Origin: a virus
DNA: 64,000 nt
IMG/VR virus record: IMGVR_UViG_3300027736_000034
Span: 1 to 64,000 of that record
Direction: 5' to 3' (one strand)
Shown: piece after piece, positions 11,616 to 21,733 of the stretch
How the letters are laid out: the number at the start of each line of letters is the position of its first letter
How positions within the stretch are numbered: the first letter of the stretch is position 1
The notes under the pieces: generated by a model
Seen by the model: the letters and a program-made list of their open reading frames with translations, nothing else
What the model was told of the DNA's origin: nothing
Databases searched by the model: none
Program-made: the position numbers and the translations under genes

Positions 11616-12715
11616 GCCAAGCACAATATAACTTAAACACCAAAACAGATTACTTAAATCGTAAGATGTTTCTAGACCCTGCAGGTCCGGTAACTATTCA
11701 ACGCTTTGAGGAAGTTAAGTATCCAAAGATTGCTAAGTTTGAAGAAACAGCAAGAGGATTCTTTTGGCAACCAGAAGAAATTAGTTTAACTAAAGATGCT
11801 AATGACTTCAAAGAAGCCAGTGATGCCGTTAAACATATCTTTACTAGCAACTTATTAAGACAAACAGCATTAGATAGTTTACAAGGTCGCGGCCCAAGTC
11901 AAGTATTCACTCCTGTTGTATCATTGCCAGAACTTGAAGCATTGATATATAATTGGACATTCTTTGAAACAAATATACATAGTAAGAGTTATAGTCATAT
12001 TATTCGTAACATCTATAATGTACCAAAAGAAGTATTCAATACTATACATGACACACAAGAAATTATAGATATGGCTAGTAGTGTTGGTAACTACTATGAC
12101 AAACTACACGAATTAAATTGTTTTAAAGAGATTAATCCAAAAACTGTTTCAGAAGAATCTCATGTTAAAGCAATTTGGATGGCATTACATGCCAGTTATG
12201 CACTAGAAGCATTCCGCTTTATGGTATCATTTGCTACATCACTAGCAATGGTTGAGAACAAAATCTTTATTGGCAATGGTAATATTATCAGTTTAATTCT
12301 CCAAGATGAACTTCTACATAAAGGATGGACTGCTTATCTTATTAATCAAGTAATCAAAGATGATAGTCGTTTTGCTGCCATCAAGCAAGAATGCGAAAGT
12401 GAAGTATATCAGTTATATGCTGATGTTATCCGTGAAGAAAAAGCCTGGGCAGATTACTTGTTTAACAAAGGCCCGGTCATTGGGTTGAATGCTAATGTGT
12501 TAAAAGACTTTGTTGATTACACAGCAGTAGGAGCATTGAAAGAGATCGGTATTAAGTATCAGGGCAATAGTCCAAAGAGTACTCCTATACCATGGTTCAA
12601 CAAACATAGCGATACAAGCAAGAAGCAGACAGCACTACAAGAGAATGAATCAACTAATTACGTATTGGGTGTGATGAGTGAACAACTTGATTACGACCAA
12701 CTACCAAGTTTATAA
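11612..12715 (+). CDS. nrdB: Ribonucleotide reductase class Ia beta subunit
   Basis: FFWQPEE, ETNIHSKSY, EAFRFMVSF, QDELLH di-iron motifs. Confidence 0.97.
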   Translation: MSQAQYNLNTKTDYLNRKMFLDPAGPVTIQRFEEVKYPKIAKFEETARGFFWQPEEISLTKDANDFKEASDAVKHIFTSNLLRQTALDSLQGRGPSQVFTPVVSLPELEALIYNWTFFETNIHSKSYSHIIRNIYNVPKEVFNTIHDTQEIIDMASSVGNYYDKLHELNCFKEINPKTVSEESHVKAIWMALHASYALEAFRFMVSFATSLAMVENKIFIGNGNIISLILQDELLHKGWTAYLINQVIKDDSRFAAIKQECESEVYQLYADVIREEKAWADYLFNKGPVIGLNANVLKDFVDYTAVGALKEIGIKYQGNSPKSTPIPWFNKHSDTSKKQTALQENESTNYVLGVMSEQLDYDQLPSL

Positions 12716-12725
12716 AGGAAATAAT

Positions 12726-12956
12726 ATGAAAGCAATAGTATGGAGTAAGTACCACTGCCCTTATTGTGACCAAGCGAAAGCATTGTTAACAAGTAAAGGG
12801 ATACAGTTTGAAGAAAAGAAAATTGGTGATGGTTACACTAAAGAAGAATTATTAGAGGCAGTACCAAATGCCCGTACAGTTCCACAAATCTTCCTAGATG
12901 GAGAACTTGTGGGTGGGTTTAATGAACTCAAACAAAAATTAACAGAAAGTGTCTAA
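12726..12956 (+). CDS. grx: Glutaredoxin
   Basis: CPYC, TVPQIF, VGGF; RBS AAGGA before ATG 12726. Confidence 0.95.
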   Translation: MKAIVWSKYHCPYCDQAKALLTSKGIQFEEKKIGDGYTKEELLEAVPNARTVPQIFLDGELVGGFNELKQKLTESV

Positions 12957-13249
12957 TGGAAACAGGAAAAGTATATACATTTAAGTTGAACAGCGGCGAA
13001 GAAATGATTGCCAAAGTTTTAGAAATAGGTCAGAATAACGTTATTATTACAGAACCAGTGTCAATTGCACCCAGTCAGCAGGGTATGCAGATGATCCCTA
13101 GTATGTTTACCGCAGAACAACGCGGAAATGTAACGCTAAATACTAGTGCGATTGCCTTTTATGCAAATACCGACGATAACATCAAGGATAAATACATAGA
13201 AGCAACAACTGGTATTAAATTGCCAGACAAGAAAATAGTAATGGGATAA
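12956..13249 (+). CDS. Conserved phage protein (Sm-like fold possible)
   Basis: FKLNSGEEMIAK motif. Confidence 0.55.
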   Translation: METGKVYTFKLNSGEEMIAKVLEIGQNNVIITEPVSIAPSQQGMQMIPSMFTAEQRGNVTLNTSAIAFYANTDDNIKDKYIEATTGIKLPDKKIVMG

Positions 13250-13252
13250 TAA

Positions 13253-13534
13253 ATGGCAGCATTGAGTAGGAAGGGTGATGCAAATCAAACTGGCGGGCAA
13301 ATTATACGCGGCGCCAAGTCGGTTATTGCTAATGGAATTGAAGTGGGATTACATGTAAGTGGCATCACCCCTCATGCCCCATGGGGAAAACCTCATCCTC
13401 CGCACGATGCACCAACAACCACTGCTGGAAGTCCATCTGTAATAGCAGAAGGAAGTCCCGTATTACGAGTAGGATCAGGAAACACCTGCGGTCATAGTAT
13501 CGTTCAAGGTAGTCCTAATATAAATTGCCCATGA
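13253..13534 (+). CDS. PAAR-domain tail spike tip protein
   Basis: SRKGD, PH..H, GSPSV, CGH, GSPNI pattern. Confidence 0.85.
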   Translation: MAALSRKGDANQTGGQIIRGAKSVIANGIEVGLHVSGITPHAPWGKPHPPHDAPTTTAGSPSVIAEGSPVLRVGSGNTCGHSIVQGSPNINCP

Positions 13535-14871
13535 GTACAGGAAAACAAACTCCGTTGGGTGTAAATGTAATGAGTGGTTTAATCCAAGGCAAAGGCTTTT
13601 GGGTTAATAAACCCACCTCTTCTTATGCAGGCACTAGTACCAGTTCTACTTCATACACTCCCGGGACGGTAATAACTAATACTTGTTTATATTGGGCTAC
13701 TTATGCAATCAACGCCTCATACGGGGTAGTGGATTCACCTACTTATGCTAATATTACTACAATGGGTAGTAGCACTATACCTGCATTAGGTAATAGTCCT
13801 CCACCAACGTATACTTATACAGGTCTTCCTAGTTGGGCAGGCGCTGGATATACTGGAGCAGTGGCTAGTTGGGGATATGTAAGATTATATCCCTGGCAGG
13901 GATATAATGAATTTAATTACAACAATACATTAGCATTGACTAGCATGTATAATGATTTTTGCGGATCATTTATATCTGCTGGTTCATTTATTGATTTATC
14001 AAATAAATCTATTATGTCTGCACAGAATTCTATAGGGTTCCTTAAAGGCACATATAGTAATATGAATGATTTGGTTACGGCTGATGTGACTAATGTAAGT
14101 TTATCCCCTCAAGTATTTGGAAGAGATTTAATTAATTTGGGTAAAGCATTAGATTTATCTACAATATGGACATTTGGTTATCCTTCTAATTTATTAGTAA
14201 CTCTTAAGAAATATAATGCGATTACTGCATCAGTTTCAGTTGCTTTATTGTCTACTGGATTAACTACAATTGATATAGATAATATTTCAAATAATACAAA
14301 TGTTACTACAGAGCAGCAACAAAAAACATATTCTGCATTTTTAATAATAACCGGTGTTGATTTGGCTGAGATATTAGTATCATTAAATTGTAATACAGCA
14401 GGTCTTGTTACATTAGCAGATTTGCTTGATGTTAGAAAGATGTTTCCTAATAGTTATCTAACATTAACTGTGCCGTTATATAATGCTGTGCCTGGCCCAA
14501 CAAATAGTAAAACATATTATCCTATATTTACTATTAACTCAGTAAGTCCTGGGCTCACTGCCCCTGCTGTAGTAGCACAAGTTGGTACAGTAATACCACC
14601 GGGTGCGCCCCCGGTCGCAGCACCAGTAGCAGCACCAGTAGCAGCACCAGTAGCAGCACCAGTAGCAGCACCAGTAGCAGCACCAAATTATACTGACAGA
14701 GAATCTTGGAATCAGCATGATGTTGCGGCTCTTGCACAGGGATTGTGGCAAAGCACACCTGCTATACCAGTCGGACGAGGAGTCGGACGACTAGAAGGTG
14801 GCGGAAGTTCTGTGGGAGCCGCTTACCCCACGCCGCCCCAACCGCCGGTCACTAGAACGTTTAGGGGATAA
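13531..14871 (+). CDS. Putative structural protein (N-terminal part of a possibly split gene)
   Basis: ~446 aa ORF after PAAR, contains AAPV repeat. Confidence 0.55.
   Translation: MSTGKQTPLGVNVMSGLIQGKGFWVNKPTSSYAGTSTSSTSYTPGTVITNTCLYWATYAINASYGVVDSPTYANITTMGSSTIPALGNSPPPTYTYTGLPSWAGAGYTGAVASWGYVRLYPWQGYNEFNYNNTLALTSMYNDFCGSFISAGSFIDLSNKSIMSAQNSIGFLKGTYSNMNDLVTADVTNVSLSPQVFGRDLINLGKALDLSTIWTFGYPSNLLVTLKKYNAITASVSVALLSTGLTTIDIDNISNNTNVTTEQQQKTYSAFLIITGVDLAEILVSLNCNTAGLVTLADLLDVRKMFPNSYLTLTVPLYNAVPGPTNSKTYYPIFTINSVSPGLTAPAVVAQVGTVIPPGAPPVAAPVAAPVAAPVAAPVAAPVAAPNYTDRESWNQHDVAALAQGLWQSTPAIPVGRGVGRLEGGGSSVGAAYPTPPQPPVTRTFRG
14617..14685 (+). repeat. 12-bp tandem repeat GCAGCACCAGTA (~5.75 copies) encoding AAPV
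   Basis: Directly visible. Confidence 0.95.
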
Positions 14872-14874
14872 TAT

Positions 14875-17037
14875 ATGGTACAGATGTATAGAGATTTTCT
14901 TAATCTTAGAGCGGAAATTGAAGGTGGTGGTATTGTGAATGGGATGACCTACGCCGTGGATAATGGTGGGGGTACAGATAATATTCCTAATATAATTCCG
15001 CCGGCAATGGCAGCGTCGGTACAAGTAGAAGCAATTGCAGCAGCAACAATAGAATCAAATTTAAATGACCAAGGAGTAATAAATTCTACTATAACACTTT
15101 CAGCATCGCTACTTCCCACAGTACAACCTGAGGATATTGCGGCGGTAGCAGTAACAACATCTAGTACCATACAAGTTAATCTACAGATAATGCCAGAAGG
15201 GTTTGGATCATATCTTGACGGTATATTACCCAAAGATTTAGCAACCGCCGCCGGTGCATTTTCTGCAACAATGCAACAAATAAAAAATATACGAAATATT
15301 CCAATTGAGAAATTTGCACAAGTAGCAGCTACACTAGAAACTATTAGAGGATTAAACTTAGTTAACGGAACTGATGTTCCAACGGACACCTCTGAGGCAG
15401 AGGCTGCGCTTGCTTTAATGGCCTTAGGAAGTGGATCATATGGGACATATACATTTTCTGATTTCTTTGGGTGTATGTCCGGTCTACCTTATCCCTGGGT
15501 ACAAATACAACCGGCTATTAAAGCATTACAATCAAATACATTAAGTACTATCTATCAAAATCTTTATTTAGCGGTAACGTGGAAACAAGCAACCTTAACT
15601 GTTGTCCCAAGTTATTCTACTACAGCCGTCGATGATGGGCTTGGCAACTATACTTATTATTATAAAATAACAGCTATCACCGGTATATCATCGTTTGATA
15701 GAGGCGGTGGTTATGGAAGGGGAGGAGCAGCAGCACCAACTGGAACATTTACTGATGGGTCTGGAGCAACTATAACAACTACAATAGATACCAATTCAGC
15801 TAATGTTACATCTACTTATGGTAAAGTACTTACTGCATTACTAAACTCAACCGGAACTAATGTCTATAATGGCACTGGTACTTCGCCCACACCCCCCGCC
15901 GGCCCCGCAACATTAACTGTAACTATTCAGGAACCACCTACCACATACGGAGGATCAGGTTGGCCAGCTATGAATACCGCCGTGCAACATTATATTGACG
16001 CTGCTAATGCAGAGATTGCAATAATTCGTTCAACACATCCCGGTCAATCATTAGAATTAAATGATATGTGGGATAATTTAGGGACACAATTGAATATTGA
16101 ACAAAGGACTAGAAATACAGGATTATCATTAATACCAAACCCAAGAACAGATTCTCTATTCCCATATCCAATAATGGTATATAGTTTTACTGATTTGGTT
16201 CCTGCGTATTCCAAACTGACAGAACCAAATATGGCTGCACAAACATTAGAAGCTATATCAGATTTAGATAAAAATGCAGGTCAGAGTATAGTTGCAATGA
16301 TGCGAGCAGAAAGAAATAAAGCAAGATTGTTAGAAGCCGGTATATCAACTGATGACGTTATAGATGATGTTTTATCTATAGCAGAACAAATAGAATTAAT
16401 ATCTAATGGTACAGTAGCAAATTCAGCACCTGCATTCCCGTTCAATACTGAGCCTGCAGGTTACTTTGATCCAGCTACTACAAATTTCTTAGTGACTACA
16501 GCTCCAGTTCAAACTAGCCCCAATCAAGCAATTAATCCTAATAATCCAGCAAATCCGTTTAATACAACTGACCCCACTAATCCAATTACCAACCCATCAC
16601 AAAATACTATTGAAGTACAACCTAGTATTTTAGGAGCCCCTGCCTCATCAGTTGCAGCAGTATTGGGTATAGGTACACCGGACGGATTGCCTGTACCTAG
16701 TCCCGATATTGGCATAGGCACTGCCGGCATAAGTCAAGTTACTATGCCCGCTGGAACAGTTCCATCTACTGCGTCTGGTGCCATTGCTCCTAATACAGCC
16801 GGTGGCGTTGCTAGTGGCGGAGGTTTCTTTAACGGTCCGGGAGCCGGCGGGGGCTTAGGTGCACAAGGCGGCGGACCAATTGTTCCGGGCAGTTTAGCTG
16901 GATCGCCGTATACTAAATTAATCCCACCATCACTTAACCCGATATATACTTCTGGGGTGCTATTACCCGCATCACTACCAGTGCAAGCAGCAATCGAACA
17001 AGTTATACTTTGTAACTGCGATTGCTGGATAGAATAA
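14875..17037 (+). CDS. Putative structural protein
   Basis: 720 aa ORF in the same frame as the upstream ORF; ends CNCDCW. Confidence 0.55.
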   Translation: MVQMYRDFLNLRAEIEGGGIVNGMTYAVDNGGGTDNIPNIIPPAMAASVQVEAIAAATIESNLNDQGVINSTITLSASLLPTVQPEDIAAVAVTTSSTIQVNLQIMPEGFGSYLDGILPKDLATAAGAFSATMQQIKNIRNIPIEKFAQVAATLETIRGLNLVNGTDVPTDTSEAEAALALMALGSGSYGTYTFSDFFGCMSGLPYPWVQIQPAIKALQSNTLSTIYQNLYLAVTWKQATLTVVPSYSTTAVDDGLGNYTYYYKITAITGISSFDRGGGYGRGGAAAPTGTFTDGSGATITTTIDTNSANVTSTYGKVLTALLNSTGTNVYNGTGTSPTPPAGPATLTVTIQEPPTTYGGSGWPAMNTAVQHYIDAANAEIAIIRSTHPGQSLELNDMWDNLGTQLNIEQRTRNTGLSLIPNPRTDSLFPYPIMVYSFTDLVPAYSKLTEPNMAAQTLEAISDLDKNAGQSIVAMMRAERNKARLLEAGISTDDVIDDVLSIAEQIELISNGTVANSAPAFPFNTEPAGYFDPATTNFLVTTAPVQTSPNQAINPNNPANPFNTTDPTNPITNPSQNTIEVQPSILGAPASSVAAVLGIGTPDGLPVPSPDIGIGTAGISQVTMPAGTVPSTASGAIAPNTAGGVASGGGFFNGPGAGGGLGAQGGGPIVPGSLAGSPYTKLIPPSLNPIYTSGVLLPASLPVQAAIEQVILCNCDCWIE

Positions 17038-17091
17038 CCAAATGATTTGGTTATTCAACAAAACTGTAGTATACTACAGTGAAAGGAAATT

Positions 17092-17634
17092 ATGTTATTA
17101 TCATTAAAAAATAAGTTAATAATAATGACCATGATGTTTTTAACAATCATGGCTATTCCTTCGCCAACTCAAATTGCTATTGATTTACCTATTCTAAAGA
17201 AAATTGATATGAAGCAAATAGCATGTATGGCAAGAAATATTTATTATGAAGCAGGGGCAGAAGCGATGCCCGGACAAGCCGCAGTTGCAAGAGTAGTGTT
17301 GAATCGTGTTAATCATGGGTTTGCTGAAACACCTTGCAAAGTTATCTACCAAAAAACATTAATTAACGAAAATGTAGTATGTCAGTTTAGTTGGGTTTGT
17401 GAAGATAAAAGCGATCCAAACAAATCAAACCCAAAATACAAACGAGCATTACAAGTTGCATATGATGTAATGGTTTTCGATATGTATAAGAATGTTGTTC
17501 CCAAGTCAGCACTATTCTTTCATTCAATACATATTGATCCATTGTGGCCTTATAAACAAGTAGCAATAATTGGTAATCACATTTTCTATAGCAAGCATAA
17601 GGTGAGTAATGAACAGAAGTCCGACAAGAAATGA
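17092..17634 (+). CDS. SleB-like cell wall hydrolase (Hydrolase_2)
   Basis: CMARNIYYEA, AVARVVLNR, CQFSW, IGNHIFY; hydrophobic N-terminus. Confidence 0.9.
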   Translation: MLLSLKNKLIIMTMMFLTIMAIPSPTQIAIDLPILKKIDMKQIACMARNIYYEAGAEAMPGQAAVARVVLNRVNHGFAETPCKVIYQKTLINENVVCQFSWVCEDKSDPNKSNPKYKRALQVAYDVMVFDMYKNVVPKSALFFHSIHIDPLWPYKQVAIIGNHIFYSKHKVSNEQKSDKK

Positions 17635-18169
17635 GTTTCGTACTAAAATGTATAGAGAAAAATTAGCAGAAGATCCATTGAATGAAGATGCTATTAGTAG
17701 CATACAGCATTATGAGGATTATGACCTGCAGGATAAATTAAGGTCACAAGACCCAGAGTGGCGTAAAGATAACTTAGAGTATGACTTGCGTTCCACTCAG
17801 TGGATCATAGAAAAAACTAAAAGTGATAATGTATATGCTCAACACCTATACGCAGCAATTTGTAATAATGAGTTTCAAAGAAATGATGTATGGCCTATAC
17901 TAACTGGTAAAAAATGGGGTGCTAGTTGGAGACATGCTGGGGCAATAGTTGCTGATATGCGTGAACAAGGCGACTACATGGATTGGTACTGTACTGGTAT
18001 ACAGAGTGATGAACCAATTGATGAAGTATTTCAGAATATGGATGATCATCAAAGACGAGAGTTTTTTGAAGCTAAAGCATATGTTGGTGAAAGTGTAGTT
18101 ACTGATGAGATACGTGAAGATTTATTCAAATTAGGCTGGAACGTCTTAGAAGATAATTCAACTGACTAA
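17609..18169 (+). CDS. Hypothetical phage protein
   Basis: 186 aa ORF. Confidence 0.6.
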   Translation: MNRSPTRNEFRTKMYREKLAEDPLNEDAISSIQHYEDYDLQDKLRSQDPEWRKDNLEYDLRSTQWIIEKTKSDNVYAQHLYAAICNNEFQRNDVWPILTGKKWGASWRHAGAIVADMREQGDYMDWYCTGIQSDEPIDEVFQNMDDHQRREFFEAKAYVGESVVTDEIREDLFKLGWNVLEDNSTD

Positions 18170-18190
18170 ATACTGTAAAGGAGACATATT

Positions 18191-18313
18191 ATGTTAGAAA
18201 CTTTGTTATATTTATTTTTAGGTGCATTCGTCGGATGGAACTTCCCTCAACCACAATTTGCTAAAAACATACAAGCAAAAGTTTTAGCAATGCTTAGTAA
18301 AGAGGCTAAATAA
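18191..18313 (+). CDS. Small membrane protein (40 aa, not in ORF track)
   Basis: RBS AAGGAG; MLETLLYLFLGAFVGWNFPQP... Confidence 0.65.
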   Translation: MLETLLYLFLGAFVGWNFPQPQFAKNIQAKVLAMLSKEAK

Positions 18314-18693
18314 TGTCATATTCACAGCAAGTGATAGACCACTATGAGAACCCACGTAATGTAGGTAGTTTTGATAAAGAAGATGAAGATGTGGGTACGG
18401 GAATGGTCGGTGCCCCAGCATGCGGTGACGTAATGAAACTGCAAATCAAAGTAGACCCAATAACAGGAATAATATCAGATGCCAAATTTAAGACATACGG
18501 GTGTGGGTCGGCAATTGCTTCTTCAAGTCTTGTCACAGAGTGGGTCAAGGGTAAGACATTGGATGAAGCTGCAACCCTCAAAAACTCTACCATCGCCGAA
18601 CACCTCTCCCTCCCCCCAGTTAAAATCCACTGCTCCATACTCGCCGAAGACGCCATCAAAGCCGCAGTAGAAGATTACAGAAAGAAGCACTAA
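18313..18693 (+). CDS. iscU: Fe-S cluster scaffold IscU
   Basis: DHYENPRNVG, GAPACGD, GCGSAIAS, LPPVKIHC. Confidence 0.97.
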   Translation: MSYSQQVIDHYENPRNVGSFDKEDEDVGTGMVGAPACGDVMKLQIKVDPITGIISDAKFKTYGCGSAIASSSLVTEWVKGKTLDEAATLKNSTIAEHLSLPPVKIHCSILAEDAIKAAVEDYRKKH

Positions 18694-18694
18694 A

Positions 18695-18991
18695 ATGAGT
18701 ACCGAAGCTGATAAACTTAAGCATAGTAGACGTTTGCTTAAGGATGATAATGCCATCAATAAACAATTAAAAATTGTTAAAGAAATGGGGCATATGGGCC
18801 ATACAAAATTCATTAAAGAACCACATAGACTAGCAAAGCATCATGCATTAGATTGTGGTAATCCAAAATGTTTGTTATGTCATGGTGAAAAAGTGTTTGG
18901 GGAAAAAACACTTAAAGAACGAAAGTTTGACCAAGATATAGATCATCCTAGAGATAAACGTAGTAACGGGTTATATATAAAAGAAGATTGA
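18695..18991 (+). CDS. Hypothetical protein with CxxxxCxxC motif
   Basis: 98 aa ORF. Confidence 0.6.
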   Translation: MSTEADKLKHSRRLLKDDNAINKQLKIVKEMGHMGHTKFIKEPHRLAKHHALDCGNPKCLLCHGEKVFGEKTLKERKFDQDIDHPRDKRSNGLYIKED

Positions 18992-19035
18992 CCCTTGACA
19001 CAAGATAAATAATTTCAGACACACTAGGAGGAATT

Positions 19036-19485
19036 ATGTCACAAACAATGGAAAACTTAGCTGACGCTTTTGCTGGAGAGTCACAAGCACATACCAAATA
19101 TCGTTACTTTGCTAAAATTGCCCGAGAAGAAGGTCATGAAGAAATAGCAAAACATTTTGAACACACCGCAGACCAAGAGATTCTACATGCATGGGGTCAC
19201 TTAGAGTTAATGATTAAGAAGCCTACAACTAAAGAATGTTTAGAAATGGCAATCAAAGGGGAAACATATGAATTTGAAATTATGTACCCAGACTTTAAAG
19301 AAACTGCTGAATTTGAAGGTGATTTAGTTTTTGCTAACGAAGCAAATATGCAAATACAAGAATCAAAAGAACATGCGGAACAATTCAAAGAATTATTGAA
19401 TAAAGCTGGGAAACGATTTGCTGCCTTAGCTAAAGTAGAAAAACGTCACGCCGCAGCGTATCAACAAAAATTGGAGGAACTATAA
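19036..19485 (+). CDS. rbr: Rubrerythrin (ferritin-like domain)
   Basis: AFAGESQA, EILHA, GETYE..MYP, EKRH. Confidence 0.92.
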   Translation: MSQTMENLADAFAGESQAHTKYRYFAKIAREEGHEEIAKHFEHTADQEILHAWGHLELMIKKPTTKECLEMAIKGETYEFEIMYPDFKETAEFEGDLVFANEANMQIQESKEHAEQFKELLNKAGKRFAALAKVEKRHAAAYQQKLEEL

Positions 19486-19619
19486 TGGAACACGTTTGTG
19501 TAATATGTGGCCATGTCCACGATGAAATAACTGAAGGTAAATGGGAACAACTTCCTGAGGACCATGTATGCCCTGAGTGCGGATGTGGTAAGGAAGATTA
19601 TGAGGAAATGGCCCTCTAA
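19485..19619 (+). CDS. rub: Rubredoxin (44 aa, not in ORF track)
   Basis: MEHVCVICGHVHDE...LPEDHVCPECG; RBS GGAGG. Confidence 0.9.
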   Translation: MEHVCVICGHVHDEITEGKWEQLPEDHVCPECGCGKEDYEEMAL

Positions 19620-19630
19620 TCTATTAGACA

Positions 19631-20197
19631 ATGCTAATAAACAAAGATTCGTTCACTCACGGTCAGATTACTAGTAAAATTTGGCTATGTGAAGAATTAG
19701 AGAATTTACAGTGGTCTAGTGATACTACTCACATTTATGGAGGGTGGTACGCTATGACCGCTTTTTTATTATTCAGTCGCGGAAAATTCAAAGTTAATTA
19801 TATTGAAAGTTTTGATATTGATCCAGAATGCGAATCAGTTGCAAGAATGATTAACGACAACTGGGTAATACAACGTAAATTCAACGCACATACTAGAGAT
19901 TGCAGTAACATAGTTGAAGGCAATTGTGATTTGGTTATTAACACTTCTACTGAACATTTTCCGTCTACGGATTGGTTTAATAATATTCCTGCAGGAACTA
20001 GAATAATACTTCAGGGTAACAATATGTTACATGATGATCATTTTGTGCATAGTGAATCATTGTCTAGTTTTATAAAGACTTACCCGTTATCTAAGATTGA
20101 TTATTTAGGCTCTAAAAAATTTGATTATGCTGTGCCAGAAAATGATGATTATGTTGATTGGGCTTTTACAAGATACATGATTATAGGTACCAAATGA
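19631..20197 (+). CDS. Class I SAM-dependent methyltransferase-like protein
   Basis: IYGGWY, SFDID, INTSTEH motifs. Confidence 0.6.
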   Translation: MLINKDSFTHGQITSKIWLCEELENLQWSSDTTHIYGGWYAMTAFLLFSRGKFKVNYIESFDIDPECESVARMINDNWVIQRKFNAHTRDCSNIVEGNCDLVINTSTEHFPSTDWFNNIPAGTRIILQGNNMLHDDHFVHSESLSSFIKTYPLSKIDYLGSKKFDYAVPENDDYVDWAFTRYMIIGTK

Positions 20198-20829
20198 GTT
20201 TAATTAAAACTAGATTGATAGTAGATTGCGGCCCGGATAGTGATAGAAGAACACTAAACATTTGGCTACATCCGTTACGGAAAAGAGTTGGAGTTCTTGT
20301 CAGTGGAGGGATGGATAGTGCTTTGCTTTATTATTTGCTAGTAAAGTTAAATGCTGAAGCAGGATTCACACATAAAATTACTCCCTACACTATTCTTAGA
20401 AAAGATGGATCTCCCCAATACGCCCCTGACATAATAAATTATGTACATGATTTATTTAATTTACCTTTGACAACGACTGAAATAGTAGGTGACCCTACGC
20501 TGTCTGAAAATATGCAAGTAGAAACAGGTGCTACGGATGCTTTGAAAAAGTCAAATATATTATACATGGGACTGATTGAAGAATTGGCTGCATTCACTAT
20601 AGGATGGAGAGATCCTATTAAATGGAACAACTCTGATTCTCGGTTATACCCACTTAAAGATTTAAACAAAAGTCATATTGTAGATTTAATTGTTCAGTTT
20701 AAACAAGAAAAATTATTTGAATTAACACATAGTTGTAACATGCCTGGAAAATGTTATAATTGTAACGGCTGCAATGAACGTAGTTGGGGGTTTGAACAAA
20801 TGGGCTACGCAGACCCCGGTATATTTTAA
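20194..20829 (+). CDS. QueC-like PP-loop ATPase
   Basis: SGGMDS PP-loop and THSC...CxxCxxCxER. Confidence 0.7.
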   Translation: MSLIKTRLIVDCGPDSDRRTLNIWLHPLRKRVGVLVSGGMDSALLYYLLVKLNAEAGFTHKITPYTILRKDGSPQYAPDIINYVHDLFNLPLTTTEIVGDPTLSENMQVETGATDALKKSNILYMGLIEELAAFTIGWRDPIKWNNSDSRLYPLKDLNKSHIVDLIVQFKQEKLFELTHSCNMPGKCYNCNGCNERSWGFEQMGYADPGIF

Positions 20830-20846
20830 TTTGGGTAAACTGACTG

Positions 20847-20875
20847 TTGACTTTAATAGGACGATGCTATACAAT
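20847..20875 (+). promoter_or_regulatory. sigma70-type promoter
   Basis: TTGACT-17-TACAAT. Confidence 0.6.
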
Positions 20876-20943
20876 ACATGCATAAACAGTAAAAAACACT
20901 ATGTTATTTGCTGTTATTTTTAACCAGGACTAAATAGAATACA

Positions 20944-21078
20944 ATGATGAATAAAACTTGTTACATGCCGAAACATACGGGACTATGGTCTATAGAGACC
21001 TTAGCGGCCGTTGCGGTATCATATCCTACAAGTATTCGCGGCAATGATAACCAAAGAGGTGCCCGGGGAACGGAATAA
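20944..21078 (+). CDS. Putative 44-aa leader peptide
   Basis: MMNKTCYMPKHTGLWSIETLAAVAVSYPTSIRGNDNQRGARGTE, followed by a terminator. Confidence 0.5.
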   Translation: MMNKTCYMPKHTGLWSIETLAAVAVSYPTSIRGNDNQRGARGTE

Positions 21079-21104
21079 CTAGTTACATCATAACAAATTT
21101 ATTC

Positions 21105-21145
21105 AACCCCTGGGATACGAAAGTACTCAGGGGTTTTTGTTTTTG
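21105..21145 (+). terminator. Rho-independent terminator (possible attenuator)
   Basis: AACCCCTGGG...GAAA...CTCAGGGGTT followed by a U-rich tract. Confidence 0.85.
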
Positions 21146-21172
21146 TGTTGTATAAAAACAACATAACAGAGT

Positions 21173-21201
21173 TTGACAGTAAATGGATACTCTGTTATAC
21201 T
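21173..21201 (+). promoter_or_regulatory. sigma70-type promoter of tRNA array
   Basis: TTGACA-17-TATACT. Confidence 0.75.
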
Positions 21202-21451
21202 AAGGGTTAATTAAGAAGCAGCTATAAAGTTGCGTAGTGGAGAGATAGTGTGTATAGGAAACGAGATCCTAGCCTGCACTTTAAACATGGGCGAATGGGC
21301 GGCCTACGGGATGGAGTTTCTATTGTGAGACAAAAAATCGTAGCGTATTAAAGCATTCTCTACCTGTGAGGATTCTTGCAGGGACAAGTGGGTACGTACC
21401 CATGTAGAGTGCTTTAATACACATATTAGAAATAGTGTGTTACAAATTTAT

Positions 21452-21525
21452 TGGGGCATTGTGTAATGGTAGCACAACAGACTTTGAATCTGTGAGCCTA
21501 GGTTCGATCCCTAGTGCCCCTGCCA
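21452..21525 (+). tRNA. trnQ: tRNA-Gln(TTG)
   Basis: Cloverleaf, loop CT-TTG-AA, encoded CCA. Confidence 0.93.
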
Positions 21526-21654
21526 AAATCAAGTGGAAAGCAAGAGCCACAAAGTAAACGCTAGTCATCTTGGCTCCTCGGTGACTCATGCAGTGATACA
21601 CAGCTATGCAAAAGCGGGGTAAGAGTCCCCACGTAGAGGATGCCAGTAATTTAT

Positions 21655-21733
21655 TCCGTAGAATCCGAGCATGGTGCACGGACTTGACTGTTAATCAATG
21701 ACTAGCTGGGATCGTTACCCAGATACGGAGCCA
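21655..21733 (+). tRNA. trnN: tRNA-Asn(GTT), atypical T-loop
   Basis: Loop CT-GTT-AA; T-loop ATCGTTA; CCA. Confidence 0.75.
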
